Part shown: in pieces, positions 38,566 to 50,903 of the stretch | Position numbering within the stretch: the first letter of the stretch is position 1 | Layout: every line of letters starts with the position of its first letter | Source of the DNA: Salpingoeca rosetta | Taxonomy: Eukaryota; Protista; Choanoflagellata | Direction: 5' to 3' | NCBI GenBank assembly: GCA_033442325.1 | Contig: JAWQFM010000009.1 | Span: forward strand, 675,597-739,596 | Length of the DNA: 64,000 bases | The notes under the pieces: model-generated | Databases searched by the model: none | Told to the model about the DNA's origin: nothing | What the model saw: the letters and a program-made list of their open reading frames with translations, nothing else | Made by a program: the position numbers and the translations under genes

Positions 38566-41500
38566 TGACAATGTGGTGGTGGTGGTGGTGGTGCAAGTTT
38601 TGGTCAAGAAAGAGCATGGGCATGACCTGCTTGCGCATGTTTGTGTTCATGTGTGCACCACGTGTGTCGACTGTGTCACGGCAGCATTGGTTCTTCCTCA
38701 CGCCATGCGTTCCCCATCCGCATCCCGCGTCTTCGTCCCACTCACTTTGTTATCTTCTGCCGTTGCTTGTGCAGATTACGCGCAAGGGAACTGTGAAGAA
38801 CGTATGCAAGATGCTGTTCAAGCTCAGTCGCAACGAGGCCAACGACGCTTTGTTGCAGCAGGAGAAAATCCCAGGTGGGCTGGACAGTGTGGTGTCATGA
38901 ATACGTGACAAACATGTGTCATGTGTGTGTGCGTGTGTTTGTTTGTTTTTGTGTGTGTTCGAGCTCTGTTTAGTGTGTGGACGTGCGTGTGCCATGCGGG
39001 TACACTGCTGCAGGCGATTGCCAACCCTGTGCTTCTTTCATTGCAGCATCGCGGTGACCGCGTGTGCCTCACTCTCGTCACATTGCTTGCTTGCATGTGT
39101 GCTGTAGATGTGCTGGTTGGGGTGCTCGAGGTGTGCAATCGCCAGGAGCATGTGGAGGGTCTTGTCTACTGCTGCGGCGCAATCAAAAACCTCTCGAGTA
39201 GCGGTCAGTGTGCACACACCACGCCACCCTCTTGTGTGTTGTCTGAGGTGGGCACGGGGAGGCAGGGCGGAGCGCTTGTACTGTGGCTGCATGCGCGCGC
39301 ACAACAGTGAGTACTCAACGATCCTTGTCTGCTACACATGTGTTTTGCGTTGACAGCTGATGCGCAGGCGTATTTTGTTGAGCGCGGCGTTCTTCCCGTC
39401 ATGAACAGGCACCTCCTCGACATTATTCAAAACGTATGCGGACGACTGTGTGTGTGTGCGTGTGCGTGCGTGCGTGTGTGTGTGTGTGTGTGTGCGTGCG
39501 TGTGATTCTACATGTACTCTGGTGAAAACAACCCTCGTACCTCATCCCCTGGCGCTATCGTACTCATTCCCAACTGTCTTCAACCACCTCGCTCCTCCCC
39601 GATACACACACTGCGGTGACTGCACCAGCTCCCGCCGGCTGGAACGCAGATGAGCTCGTACACGGGCCATCTCCTCGTGCAGATGACGGCTGCGCTCCGC
39701 AACCTCGCCGTCAACACCGCGCACCTCCCAGGTGGCACCCCGCTCCAGCGCTCGTGTTTGCTTGTTTGTCTCTGTCTGTCTGTGTGTTTGTCTGTTTGTT
39801 TGCCTGTTTGTTTGTTGGTGTCGAATTGCGTGTTTGTCGCCATGTCATTCTGTCAAACTCAACCGCGCCCCCTCCTCCTCTTTCCTAAACAACTTGAACA
39901 CGTGGTGTGCGTACACCACTTCGCCAGCGTTCGAGGAGTCTGGGCTGGTCCAGAGCCTGTGCGCGCTGCTGGAGCTGTTTCCTTCCGATAAGGACCTCGT
40001 TCTCAACATTATGCGCATCTTCAGGTAAGCCGCGAACGTACACCCAAACACATGCGCTTGCAGAGAGAGGGTTGGGTCCGGGGGGAAGGAATTGCTGATG
40101 TTGCTGCTCCTGATGAAACTTGCCACTTTCACTTGCAACACCATATGCACACGCACACGCGCACACATGCACACGCGCACACATGAGCGTATTCCCGCAC
40201 CTTCTTTCCTGCTAAACACTCACCCCCTTCCTCCTCCTCCTCCTCCTCCCCCGCTTGTCCTCCCACAAACAAACAGCAAAGTGACGATGACGCAGCAAGG
40301 GCGCGGGGCGATAGCGCAGGTGGCAAATGCAGTAGCGAGCATTGCCAAGCTTGCCGAGCGCCACGGCGGCCGCAAGGCCCTGTGTGTGCGCATCTACTTT
40401 GTGCTGGGCAACTTGACGGCTGAGGACGCGGAGTTGCGCTCGGAGTTGTTTGAGGCAACGCGGCGCGGGCACACACTGCTCGACACGCTCTCTCGCCGCG
40501 GCAAAGAACTTGTGGTGCGCGACTGCGATGTGATCGTGGGGTGGTGGCATTTGAATGGCGGCGTGGTGACGGCTGATTGCGCTTGCCTGCTTGCCTTTTT
40601 CGTGGCGTGTTGCTGTCGTGCTGTTGGTGTGTCGTGTTGTCGTGGCGTGTTGGTGTCGTGTTGGCGTCGTGTTGCTCGCGTGCGCCGCGGCGAAGGCTGC
40701 TGCTGTCCCATCCCTGCAACGCTTTGCTTCTGTGCTCACACTGTGTGCATGTGCGTTTCGATGCAGGCGGTATTGGGGGCGGAATCCAGGAGGAACAATG
40801 CAATGGACAACGGAAGCGATGGTGATGATGAGGACGATGATGCAGCACAACAGCAGAACGGCGGTGGTGGTCACGACGATGATGATGACGACGATGATGA
40901 AGAGGGCAAACCGCCAGCGCCGCCAAATTCAAACACCGCAAACAGCAAGAAGACGTCGGATCTCGAAGACCTCGTCATCAAGGTGTGTGTGTGTGTGTGT
41001 GCGTGTGTGTGTGTGCGCGTGCGTGCGTGTATTGTGTATGTTGTTGTGTGATCGACTGCCTCGTAGTCGGGGGTATCAGCTCATGCAAATACACACTCAT
41101 CCCAACACCGCACTACCTTATCACCGCCCGCGTTCCCACCCACTACCAGCTGGTGCGGGTGATTGCGAATCTGTGCATCTCGCCCGAGTTTGGTGCGCAT
41201 CTTGCAGGCGACGGGCGGCTGTCGCTGCTGCTGGACGTGTGCCGTACGGACGCCGTCACGGCAGGGCACCACGACCTCCTCATGAACATTGTACGAGCCG
41301 TCCTGCCTGTGATGTGTGTGCTTGTGCGGTGCTTCTGGTAGTGGTGCTGAAGCTTGCCCGTGGTGATTGCAGCCGTGGCCCCCGCACAGATGCGGTCACG
41401 CCTTTGTGTGATTTATTTGTTTTCCGTATACATGTACGGCTGTGCGTTTGCATCACTCACTCTCCCCCTCTTTCACTCCACACCACCCCCTCAAGTACTC

Positions 41501-41792
41501 ACTTGCACAACACACACACACACACACACACACGCTCTCTCTCTCTCTCTCACTTGCTCACTCACTTTCACTCGCGCATGCACGCGGGCGTTAGGTTGGT
41601 TGTGTGAACAACTTGAGCTTCTACCATTTGGACGACAACTTTGTGCTTGTGCATCGACTTGACTTTGCGCAGACCCTGGCGCCGTGTCTCCTCAGCCAGA
41701 ACATGGACCTTGTTGTCGAGGTGCGTTGTCGTGTGTGTGTGCGTGTGTGTGTGTGTGTGCGTGCGTGCGTGCGTGTGTGTGTGTGTGCGTTG

Positions 41793-41826
<34 letters not shown>

Positions 41827-42069
41827 CGAGTCGTTCTAGCTCGCTCCATGTCTGCTGTATGTGCTTGCAGGCATCTGACGCTCATTGTCACATGGCATGG
41901 TTCAGGTTGCGCGCGTGTTTGGCAATTTCTCCCAAGCCAAGGAAATCCGACAACTCCTCGTCGACAACAGAGGTTCGTACTCTTGCCGCCGCTGCTGCTG
42001 TGCCTTTGTGGTGCACAAGATCTTCAATTTTAACACGATGTCACTGTCTCACTGTCCCTTTTCCCTCTA

Positions 42070-42138
<69 letters not shown>

Positions 42139-42717
42139 CACACGTGCACCTGTGCTGCAGTTGACGAGCTGCTGGTTGTGCTGCTGGAGCACACGAACCG
42201 GGACGTGGTGTACTCTGTGTGCGGCATCCTCATGAATCTGCTCGGCGACCAGGACTGCCGCCACGTCATGCAGAAGAACGACTACAGCGGCATTGACAGC
42301 CTCATTGATGTTGTAGCCGGCACTGCGGGCCAGGACTGGCAGCTTGCTGGGCTGGCGTGCAAGACGCTGTGGAACTATGCGGAGCGGCTTGGGCAGGCGG
42401 ACGGGCGGGAGCTGATGGCACGCGAGCAGATGGAGGACCTGGTCGACGTCCTCGCAAACCTCATCGGTGAGGATGACGATGATGATGGTGGTGATGGTGG
42501 TGATGATGATTGTGTTGTTGTTGCTGCTGCGGTGTACGGTTGTGTTGTGTAGTGTAGTGTAGTGTTGTGTTGTGTTGTGTTGTGTTGTGTTGTGTTGTGT
42601 TGTGTTGTGTTGTGTTGTGTTGTGTTGTGTGGTGCACTCGTCTCTGCCTAGCTGCTTTGTCTCCCTCATCCTCAACACAATATCGTGTGTACTCACTCTC
42701 GTTCACCCCCCCCCCCC

Positions 42718-42796
<79 letters not shown>

Positions 42797-42944
42797 CACG
42801 CGTGTCCATTTGTCCTGCGCAGCTGACGATGCTGTTCCCAAGGACGAAGCGAGTCGAGAGGCATATGAACACGAGTTTGCTGGTGTTGCTCGCCATCTGC
42901 ACCGCCACGTCTCAGACTGCCTTAACCCCATGGAGCCCCTCTAG
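35926..42944 (+). CDS. ARMC2: Armadillo repeat protein ARMC2 (radial-spoke IFT adaptor, PF27 homolog), many exons
   Basis: N-terminal IRDLRAAVRSVETERPYTPADRSRGLFG...RPPSAF parallels ARMC2 (EARNALRTVRTQRPFTP...RPPSSF). ARM region LLRSLYRLTD...KNVCKMLFKLSRNEANDALL, LLVQMTAALRNLA, LVRVIANLCI, NNLSFY, ARVFGNFSQ, VYSVCGILMNL and LACKTLWNY. Confidence 0.9.
42718..42795. repeat. (CAA)n microsatellite in last ARMC2 intron
   Basis: Read directly. Confidence 0.9.
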
Positions 42945-43742
42945 CTCATTATGCATGGGCAAACAACGCGTGTGCATTGTGTTGAATCGTCCCTTACCAC
43001 GATGTTTTCGATGCTGTGTGTCGTGTTTTTTTTTTTGTTTGATCCTGATGGTGGCCGCTGTGCCCATTGCAGGTGGTAGCTCTCTTGTTGATCGTTGTGC
43101 TGAACTTGTCCTTCTCCTGTTTGTGCTAGATATGATCCTGCGGCGGTTGAGTTTGATGTGTATGATAGCTTTGAGGTTCCGGCTCCCACAACTCGTTCCT
43201 GTCGTGTACTTGTGCTGTGCTGTGCTGAGCCATATGCCCTGGATGCTTGTTGTTGTTGTGCGCTCAGGCATGGCTTGTGCATTTATGTACATGTGTGTGT
43301 GTATGTGCATGTGTGCGTGTGTGCGTGTGTGCGCGCGTGTAGCTCCTGTCTGGTTCGTGTGTGCACTATGATATGAGCTCCCATCACACCAACACAGCCC
43401 CTATTTCATTCCACTTCCCTTTTGTGCTTTGATCCGCTTCTCGCCATATTATTTCGACATACGCTGACTCTTCCCCCTGCCATTGCTTCTGCTGTTGGTG
43501 TTGGTTTTGGTGTTGTGTGGTGTTTTGTTGTTCTCCATCTGCGCGGTTGTGCGACCGCGGTCATAAACACATGTACAGCAGCGACCGGCTGGGGGAAGAG
43601 AGGTGCATGTCGTTGTTGGCGTGAGTTGTGTGTGGCAGCCTTACATTGTCGAAAATCAACACAACATTTCCATGAATGTTCGTCAATCGTGTGGAAGGAC
43701 TTGCTCGGCTCGGTGAGCGCAACAGACAACAGCAACAACAAC

Positions 43743-43811
<69 letters not shown>

Positions 43812-43937
43812 ACACACAGACATACACACACACACATTCTCTCTCTCTTCCCCCCACACACACTCACACATACACACACACTCTCTCTCTCATTCACTCT
43901 GAACGTAACCTTGCGCGTTTTGCAACACAGAGCTGGG

Positions 43938-44084
43938 ATGGACAAGGTTGACGCGTGCGACTCGGAGCCGTTGCGGCTGTGCCTGGAGAAGAACAACGGC
44001 GACCGTTCAAAGTGCCAGAAGGAGTGGGAGGCCTTCAAGCGGGCGTGCGCCGCCAAAGGAATGGGACCCATCAAGAAACAATGA
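43938..44084 (+). CDS. Small cysteine alpha-hairpin (CHCH-like) protein, 48 aa; possible upstream exon at 43672-43712
   Basis: MDKVDACDSEPLRLCLEKNNGDRSKCQKEWEAFKRACAAK has four Cys in a helix-turn-helix pattern (Cx7C-x10-Cx10C), with coding-like codon use and a preceding gtgagc...cacag intron. Confidence 0.7.
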   Translation: MDKVDACDSEPLRLCLEKNNGDRSKCQKEWEAFKRACAAKGMGPIKKQ

Positions 44085-44190
44085 CACGCATGAGATGCAG
44101 GCGTGTGCTTAGGACAGTATTGGCGGTTTGTGCACGTAGAGCGTTCGCTGCAATGTACATTTGCGTAGCTTCCCTGCATGTGCCTCTTCT

Positions 44191-44221
<31 letters not shown>

Positions 44222-44548
44222 AGTGTGTGTGCCTCTGCCCGTCTCGGTCTTTCTCTCTCTCTCTCTCTCGTTTTATGTTTGTACATCTCCTTCGCGGACG
44301 CGCCCACACCAGCTTAGTGTCTCCCTTTTTCCCTCACCGCTCTCCCTTTTGCCCTTTGCTGCTATCAACTTTTCTCTCAAGTGTACCAAGTTTACCCTAG
44401 ATCTCTTTGACATGCGTCTTTGACGGCCCAACGCCGACCAAGTATACCTACATCAACACATGCACACACGCACACGCACGCGCGCACGCACGCACGCACA
44501 CACACACATGCACGCACACACACGCACACACACACACACACAAACACA

Positions 44549-47167
44549 TCAGCGCATGTGCTGGGCAAACTCTGGGTCGTCGTGGAGCCCAAACTCCTTG
44601 AGCAAGAACGGCGCGTTGACGTTGAAGTTGTTGTTGAGCAGCAAGCGCATGAGCACGCGGTTGTGCAACGCAAACAGCTGCCGCAGCTCCGCCACCACGT
44701 CCTCTGGTATTGGGCCTGCAGACTTCTTCATGCGTGACACGCCCTTGTCAAACCACTTTTCGTTTGTCGGCTGGAAGGGCACCCCCATAAAGTCGGTCAC
44801 ACGCTGTACCGCCGTCCGCGCATCGTGCCGCAGCTCTCCTGGGGGTGGGGGCGTGGTGTTGTGTGTGTGTGTGTGTGTGTGTGTGCGTGCGTGTGTGTGT
44901 GTGTGTGTTGTGAGCATGTGTGTATGTGTGTATGTGTGCATGTGTGTGCGTGTGTGCGTGTGTGTGTGTGCGTGTGTTGTCAGCAAAGGGCACGGAAGGG
45001 CAAAGTACTTGCAACTGACACACAAGCGCGCACACACACACATATGCACACACACACACACACACACATATGCACACACCTGCGGTCATGATGAGCAGCT
45101 GCTCTGGCCAAAAGCCGGCGCAGAGGAAGTTGAAAATCTGGTCAGCGTACAGGCCACGCATGGTGAGCCCCTCATATTGGACACGCAGGTTGAGCGGCAC
45201 TTCGTCGTTGCTGGCAAATTGTGTGTAATGCAGGAACCACGGGTGGTCGTCGTGGGCGTTGTGCTTCTCCACACACGTCTGCAACTCGCGGTACACGCTG
45301 CGCGGGTCCCGGCAGAGGTGGAGGTCGTTCATCGTCGGCGGCTTGCGGCCTGCGCTGATGTCCTCATCTTGCATGGTGAGCCCGATGGTGGAGTTGTAGC
45401 ACGCGTGCAGCATGGCCAGCTCCTCCCGCGTCTGCGCCACAAACAGCTCGCGGCTGGTGTCGCGCTGCTTCATCGTCTGGAAGAATGCGCTCCACGTGCG
45501 TGACGTCGGGTTGCGCAACATCACCACAAACCGCATCTGCCGCGGCGAGGGCAGCGATTCCCACATGTTGAAGGGCACGCGGTAGTCTGTCAGGTACCGG
45601 GGCGTGATCTCAAACGGAACCATGTCCCGCTCAGCGTTTCCCTGGCAGTGGAACTTCTTCAGGTCACACTCAATTGACAGGCCTCGCTTGTTCCACTGCA
45701 CGCATGCACGTGTAAATGTGTGTGTGTGTGCGTGTGTGTGTGCGTGCGTGCGTGTGTGCATGTGCATGTGTGCGTTGTTGGTGATGTACATGATCGTGAG
45801 GCGTTGTCGATGAGCTGACATGCACACGATGACACCCAATCATACACACACACGCACATGCACACACACGCACATGCACACGCACACACGCACACACAGG
45901 GCGCACCTTGCTCTGGTACCAGTTCATGCTCTTGAGCATCCAGCGGCGGCCGGCCCCAAATGGATCGCGGGCAAATTGCTCGTGCGTGTGATCGCCGCGG
46001 AACGCGTGCACCTCCTTCACCCCCGACATGAGGAACCCTTCCACGTACCCCAAGTACACGGCCAGGCTCGACGTGCCGCACTTCTGGCACCCTGTAATCG
46101 CAAACCAATAGAAAATGTCGGGCAGCTGCATCAGCAATAGGGAGCGAAGAGGCGCCGCGACAGAAGGACGAAGGGGGAAGCGCACAGGTGCACGGACACA
46201 CACACACACACACATACATACATACAAACATACATACATACATACATACATACATACATACATACATACATACATACATACATACATACATACATACATA
46301 CATACATACATACATACATACATACATACATACATACATACATACATACACACAGACACACAGACACACAGACACACACATACATACATACACACACGCA
46401 CACAGACACAGACACAGACACACACATACACAGACACACACATACGCGCCTCTCGCAAGCTTTCAATCATGCATACCTTCCCCAACCAACCAAGCACACG
46501 TGCACGGACAGACGCACAAGTTCACACACAAAGTTCACACTCACACAAACGCACCAATGCCAATGAGCCGCGGGTACAGCCCGTCCTTCTTGAGGTCGTG
46601 GTGTGGCCAATACCGCTTGGGGCGTACGGGGGAGACCGGGTACTTGTCCTCGTTGTCGTTGAGAATGTCGTCGTTGTTCAGCGTCCAATCCTCCACATCT
46701 GTGGCATCTCTGCGGTCCCTATGTTCAGCGTCCTGTGCAGGATCGCTGCGCTGTGCACTTGGTCCACCCCTTCCCCTTGTACGTCGCTCTTCCGCTGCAC
46801 CCCAAAGCTCTTCCTGATCCACCTTTCCTCTTTGTTCCCAGCCTTGCCGATCTAATCTCTTGCTCACCCTCTCACCACCACCACCACCACCACCATCATC
46901 ATCATTAAATGTGTGTGCTTGCTGTTGCTGGTCCTCCTCTGCGGCAAGCAGTGTCCTTTGCACGCCTGCAGCAGCAGCGCTTCCAGCTTTGTGTACCATG
47001 TCTCCGTCCACGATCCCCACCTCTCCTCCTCCTCCTCCGCCTCCTCTCCACACCACGCCAAGCGCCACCAAGCAGCAGCAGCAGCACACAACCGCCGCCG
47101 CTGAACGCACAGCAGCCGCACCTCTCCTCATCTTGTCGCTACCGTTTATGCTGTCGCCGTTTGACAT
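44549..47167 (-). CDS. Type II membrane PAPS-dependent sulfotransferase, heparan-sulfate 3-O/N-sulfotransferase-like fold
   Basis: N-terminal TM ([17 protein letters not shown]) and stem, 5'-PSB PRLIGIG|[22 protein letters not shown], 3'-[26 protein letters not shown], and C-terminal [12 protein letters not shown]. Confidence 0.88.
46213..46349. repeat. (TACA)n tetranucleotide microsatellite in sulfotransferase intron 1
   Basis: Read directly. Confidence 0.92.
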
Positions 47168-47275
47168 CTTGCTTGGGCCATCTTGCTTTGCTTCTTGTTT
47201 CCATTGACACACACACACACCTTCAACAACACAGACAGGCAGACGCAGGCAGACAATCGACGCACAGACGCGACA

Positions 47276-49550
47276 ATGGCTGAGAAGAAAGGGGAGCAGT
47301 TGATGCAGGAGGCGGAGAAGAAGGCCAACGGCGGGTCTGGCTTCTTCTCATCCCTCTTCTCGGACCCGATGCGGCGGGCGGAGGAGGCTGCTGAGCTGTA
47401 CAAGGAGGCGGCCATCCAGTTCAAGATTGGCAAGGCATACGCCCGCAGCGGCGAGGCGTACATGAAGGCCGCAGACCAATTCACAAAATGCCAGGTGCTG
47501 TGCCTCTGCAGTTGCGTGAGAGCATGTGCGTGTTGGGGCAGGGGGCAGGGGGCTCCGGACGCTTGGCTGTTGTTCCTACTTTGTTGCTGCTTCCGTGTAG
47601 GGTTGTGGCTGTTGATTTTGCCTGCTTTTTGACGACTCTCATCCTTGATGGTGATTACGATGCATCTGTATCGGTGTTTGCGCTGCGTTTCGTGGACCAG
47701 CTGCCACACGAGGCTGCCAGCGTGTACATTGATGCAGCAACGAGCCTGAAGAAGGAGTCACTTGAAGGTATGACAAGGCATGGACAAAGCCGCGTGCATG
47801 CGTCAGAACATTAGACGGATATGTCTGTGTGTGTGTGTGTGTGTGTGTGTGATCGCAGGCCTCATGACTCACCCTCGCCTGGTTTTGCATGGAGCAGAGT
47901 CCCTCAAGTGCTCCATCCTTGCTGCAGAGACCTACCTCAACATGGGCAGGTGTGTGTATGTATGTTTGCGCGAGTGCTTGCATGAGGTTGTACTACCGCT
48001 TCGATTGCATGGGATACGCGGCGGAACCTCATCATGCTGTGTGTGGGGTCGTGGCGCAGGTTTTCCATGGCTGCGAAGCAGTACAAGAACGTGGCGGAGG
48101 CGTATGAGTCGCAGACCAGCGATCTGGACAGCGCCATGGAGTACTTCCAGCACGCCGTTGAAGCGTACGAAAACGACGACGCGCAGACCTCTGCCGACAA
48201 GCTCAAGCTCAAGGTGCGCGCATGTGTGTGTATGTGTGTGTGTGTGTGGAGTGTGTGTGTGTGTGTGCAGTGTGCGTGCGTGTATGTGTGTGTGTGGAGT
48301 GTGTGTGTAGTGTGTAGTGTGTCTGTGTGCTGTTCGGTTCAATTGTTGAGTGCATGTTCTCACTCGTGTTCGCCCTTCCATCCTCTCCCCAGCTGGCTGA
48401 GATTTATGCACGCAAGGACCGCTTCGCGGACGCGTACACCGCATTTGAGGAGGTGGCATCACGCATGATCGACAAGTGAGGCGCAGTCCACCCCACTCTC
48501 ATGGCGCTCATGCATGCTCGCGTTTGCCTTGTTTCACACACCATGCAAACCAACGCCCTTGTTGGGTATGTGTTTGTTGATGCTCGTGCATTCATGCCGC
48601 CACCAACACCCATCCACACTGCCACCCTAACCAATCCTCACCACTGCCTTCATGACCTGCACCACCACCCATCACCATCATCATCACGACTACTACGGCC
48701 ACCAGCAAACTGCTGCGTTTTGGCTCGAAGGAGTTTTATCTCAAGGCCGGAATCTGTCGCCTCTGCGCCGGTGACGCAATCGCTGCACGCGTGAGTCACC
48801 GTGTGTGTGTTGTGGTGTGTGTGTGTGTGGGGGGGGTTGTGTGTGTGTGTATGTGGGTTGTGTTTGTGTGTGTGCGTATGTGTGTATGTGTGTGGGTGTG
48901 TATTTGTGTTTGCGTGTGTGCGTATGTGTGCTTGTGTGGGTGTGTGGGTGTTTGTGTGGGTGGGTGTGTGGGTGTTTGTGTATGTGTGCTTGTGTGGGTG
49001 TGTGTGTGTTTGTGTGTGTGTTTGTGTGGGTGGGTGGGTGGGTGTTTGTGTATGTGTGGTTGTGTTTGTGTGTGTGTATGTGTGTTTGTGTGGGTGTGTG
49101 AGCTTGTGTCTGTCAGCGTTAGTGTGCCTGTGTGCATTTGTGCCGTCAACAAGATGCGCACGTGTTGCCCTGTTGCTCACCCGACGACAACATCAACCGC
49201 CCCCCGTTCTCCCGCGGTGCACTGCAGCGCGCTGCTGAAGGATACATCACCGCATTCCCGCAATTCCAGGACACGCGCGAAGAAAAACTCCTCTTTGTAC
49301 GTGCCATGCACACGTGTGCACATGCATGATCTGTGTGTGGCGTGGTGTCGTGCTGCTGCAAGCGAGTGGCTACCGTGGACGAGGTGTGCACGTAATGCCC
49401 ACATGTTCGCACACACACGCAACAGGGACTGCTGGATGCCGTGGATGAGAATGACGTCGAGAAGTTCACAGAGGTATGGCGCCGGTGGTAGTGGTGGTGC
49501 TGCTGCTGCTGCTGAATGTGGATGATCGAGACTGCACACACGCATACGCG

Positions 49551-49584
<34 letters not shown>

Positions 49585-49589
49585 ATAAC

Positions 49590-49653
<64 letters not shown>

Positions 49654-50210
49654 TGGGGCCAGTTTAACTTTCTGTTCTTTGTTCTTTTGAGACAATGTTG
49701 TTTCTTCAGAGTAACCGCTACTGAAACGAGAAGGGTAGGATGTATACGGACTAATGAAGACCAAAGTCTATAAGATATAGTGAGACCACTCCGTATCTGC
49801 TGTGTTGCATCTGAAGACAAATGAGGAGTCCGATGAGTGGATCTGGGATCGCTTAGATATAGCACATGAGATGATCTGAGGTATGCTTCATCCGATTCTA
49901 TGGTTAGCGTATTGTGTTTGATGTCGTGAGTGAAGNNNNNNNNNNNNNNNNNNNNNNNNNNNNNNNNNNNNNNNNNNNNNNNNNNNNNNNNNNNNNNNNN
50001 NNNNNNNNNNNNNNNNNNNNNNNNNNNNNNNNNNNCCAAGCAAATCAAGGCACAGTTAGGACAGGTTCATGTGCCGAGCGAGTTCACCACCATGCTCCGC
50101 GCCTCGCTGGCGCATCTATTCCACAGCTCTAGCTGAAAAAACACAAATCGTGTTAGCCCACCAGCATCGTCACACGAATCCACTCGCAGCGTGCAGGCAC
50201 GTACACACAC

Positions 50211-50276
<66 letters not shown>

Positions 50277-50377
50277 CCGTGCGTGAGTTTGATTCGATCC
50301 AGAAGTTGGACGCGTGGGGCACAACAATGTTGCTGAAGGTCAAGAAAACCCTGGAGGACGAAGACGACGTGCTTTAA
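47276..50377 (+). CDS. NAPA: Alpha-soluble NSF attachment protein (alpha-SNAP/Sec17)
   Basis: [23 protein letters not shown]...[28 protein letters not shown]|[48 protein letters not shown] and [23 protein letters not shown]...EDDVL*. Confidence 0.96.
49651..50159. mobile_element. Putative transposable-element insertion spanning a 100-N assembly gap (49936-50035) inside the last alpha-SNAP intron
   Basis: Abrupt switch from (CA)n to AT-richer, TA-containing complex sequence unlike neighbouring introns. After the gap is an ORF tail ([32 protein letters not shown]), then a return to (CA)n. No matching TIR pair or TSD could be confirmed. Confidence 0.45.
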
Positions 50378-50436
50378 AGATGCATTTCAGTTCCAATTCG
50401 CCTTCCGTTGTCATTCCACATTCATACTCGTCCCGG

Positions 50437-50509
<73 letters not shown>

Positions 50510-50903
50510 CAACCCACAATCCTCCAACGCTCCCAATCGATTTGATGTGACGTGGCTGATGGCATATCATGGTTGTGTTTGTTCACTTAGCGCTGTTGAT
50601 TTGATGTGCAAGCAAGGCTGCTGATGTGTTGGCTCGGTTGCACATGAACTTGTGTAACTGTGCTTGTTTGCTTGCTTGTGTGTGTGTGTGTGTGTTGCGC
50701 TCTTACATTGTGCTTGTGCTCTCCTGTGGTTGCTCCTTCTTGGATTCAATTAAAGACTGGACCGCAGACAAGTCGTGACAATAACGCAGGAGAACGACAG
50801 CAGAGATGGCGCTTACAAAAAGAAAGCACAGTATTGCACACATACACACACACACACACACGCACGCACGCACACACACACGCACACACGTACACACACA
50901 GAG

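Noticed and set aside
49654-50159. GGGGCCAGTTT / GTTAGCCC as a matched TIR pair of a Harbinger-like element
   Set aside because: The ends share only a GGGC start and no TSD is visible, so no family was assigned.
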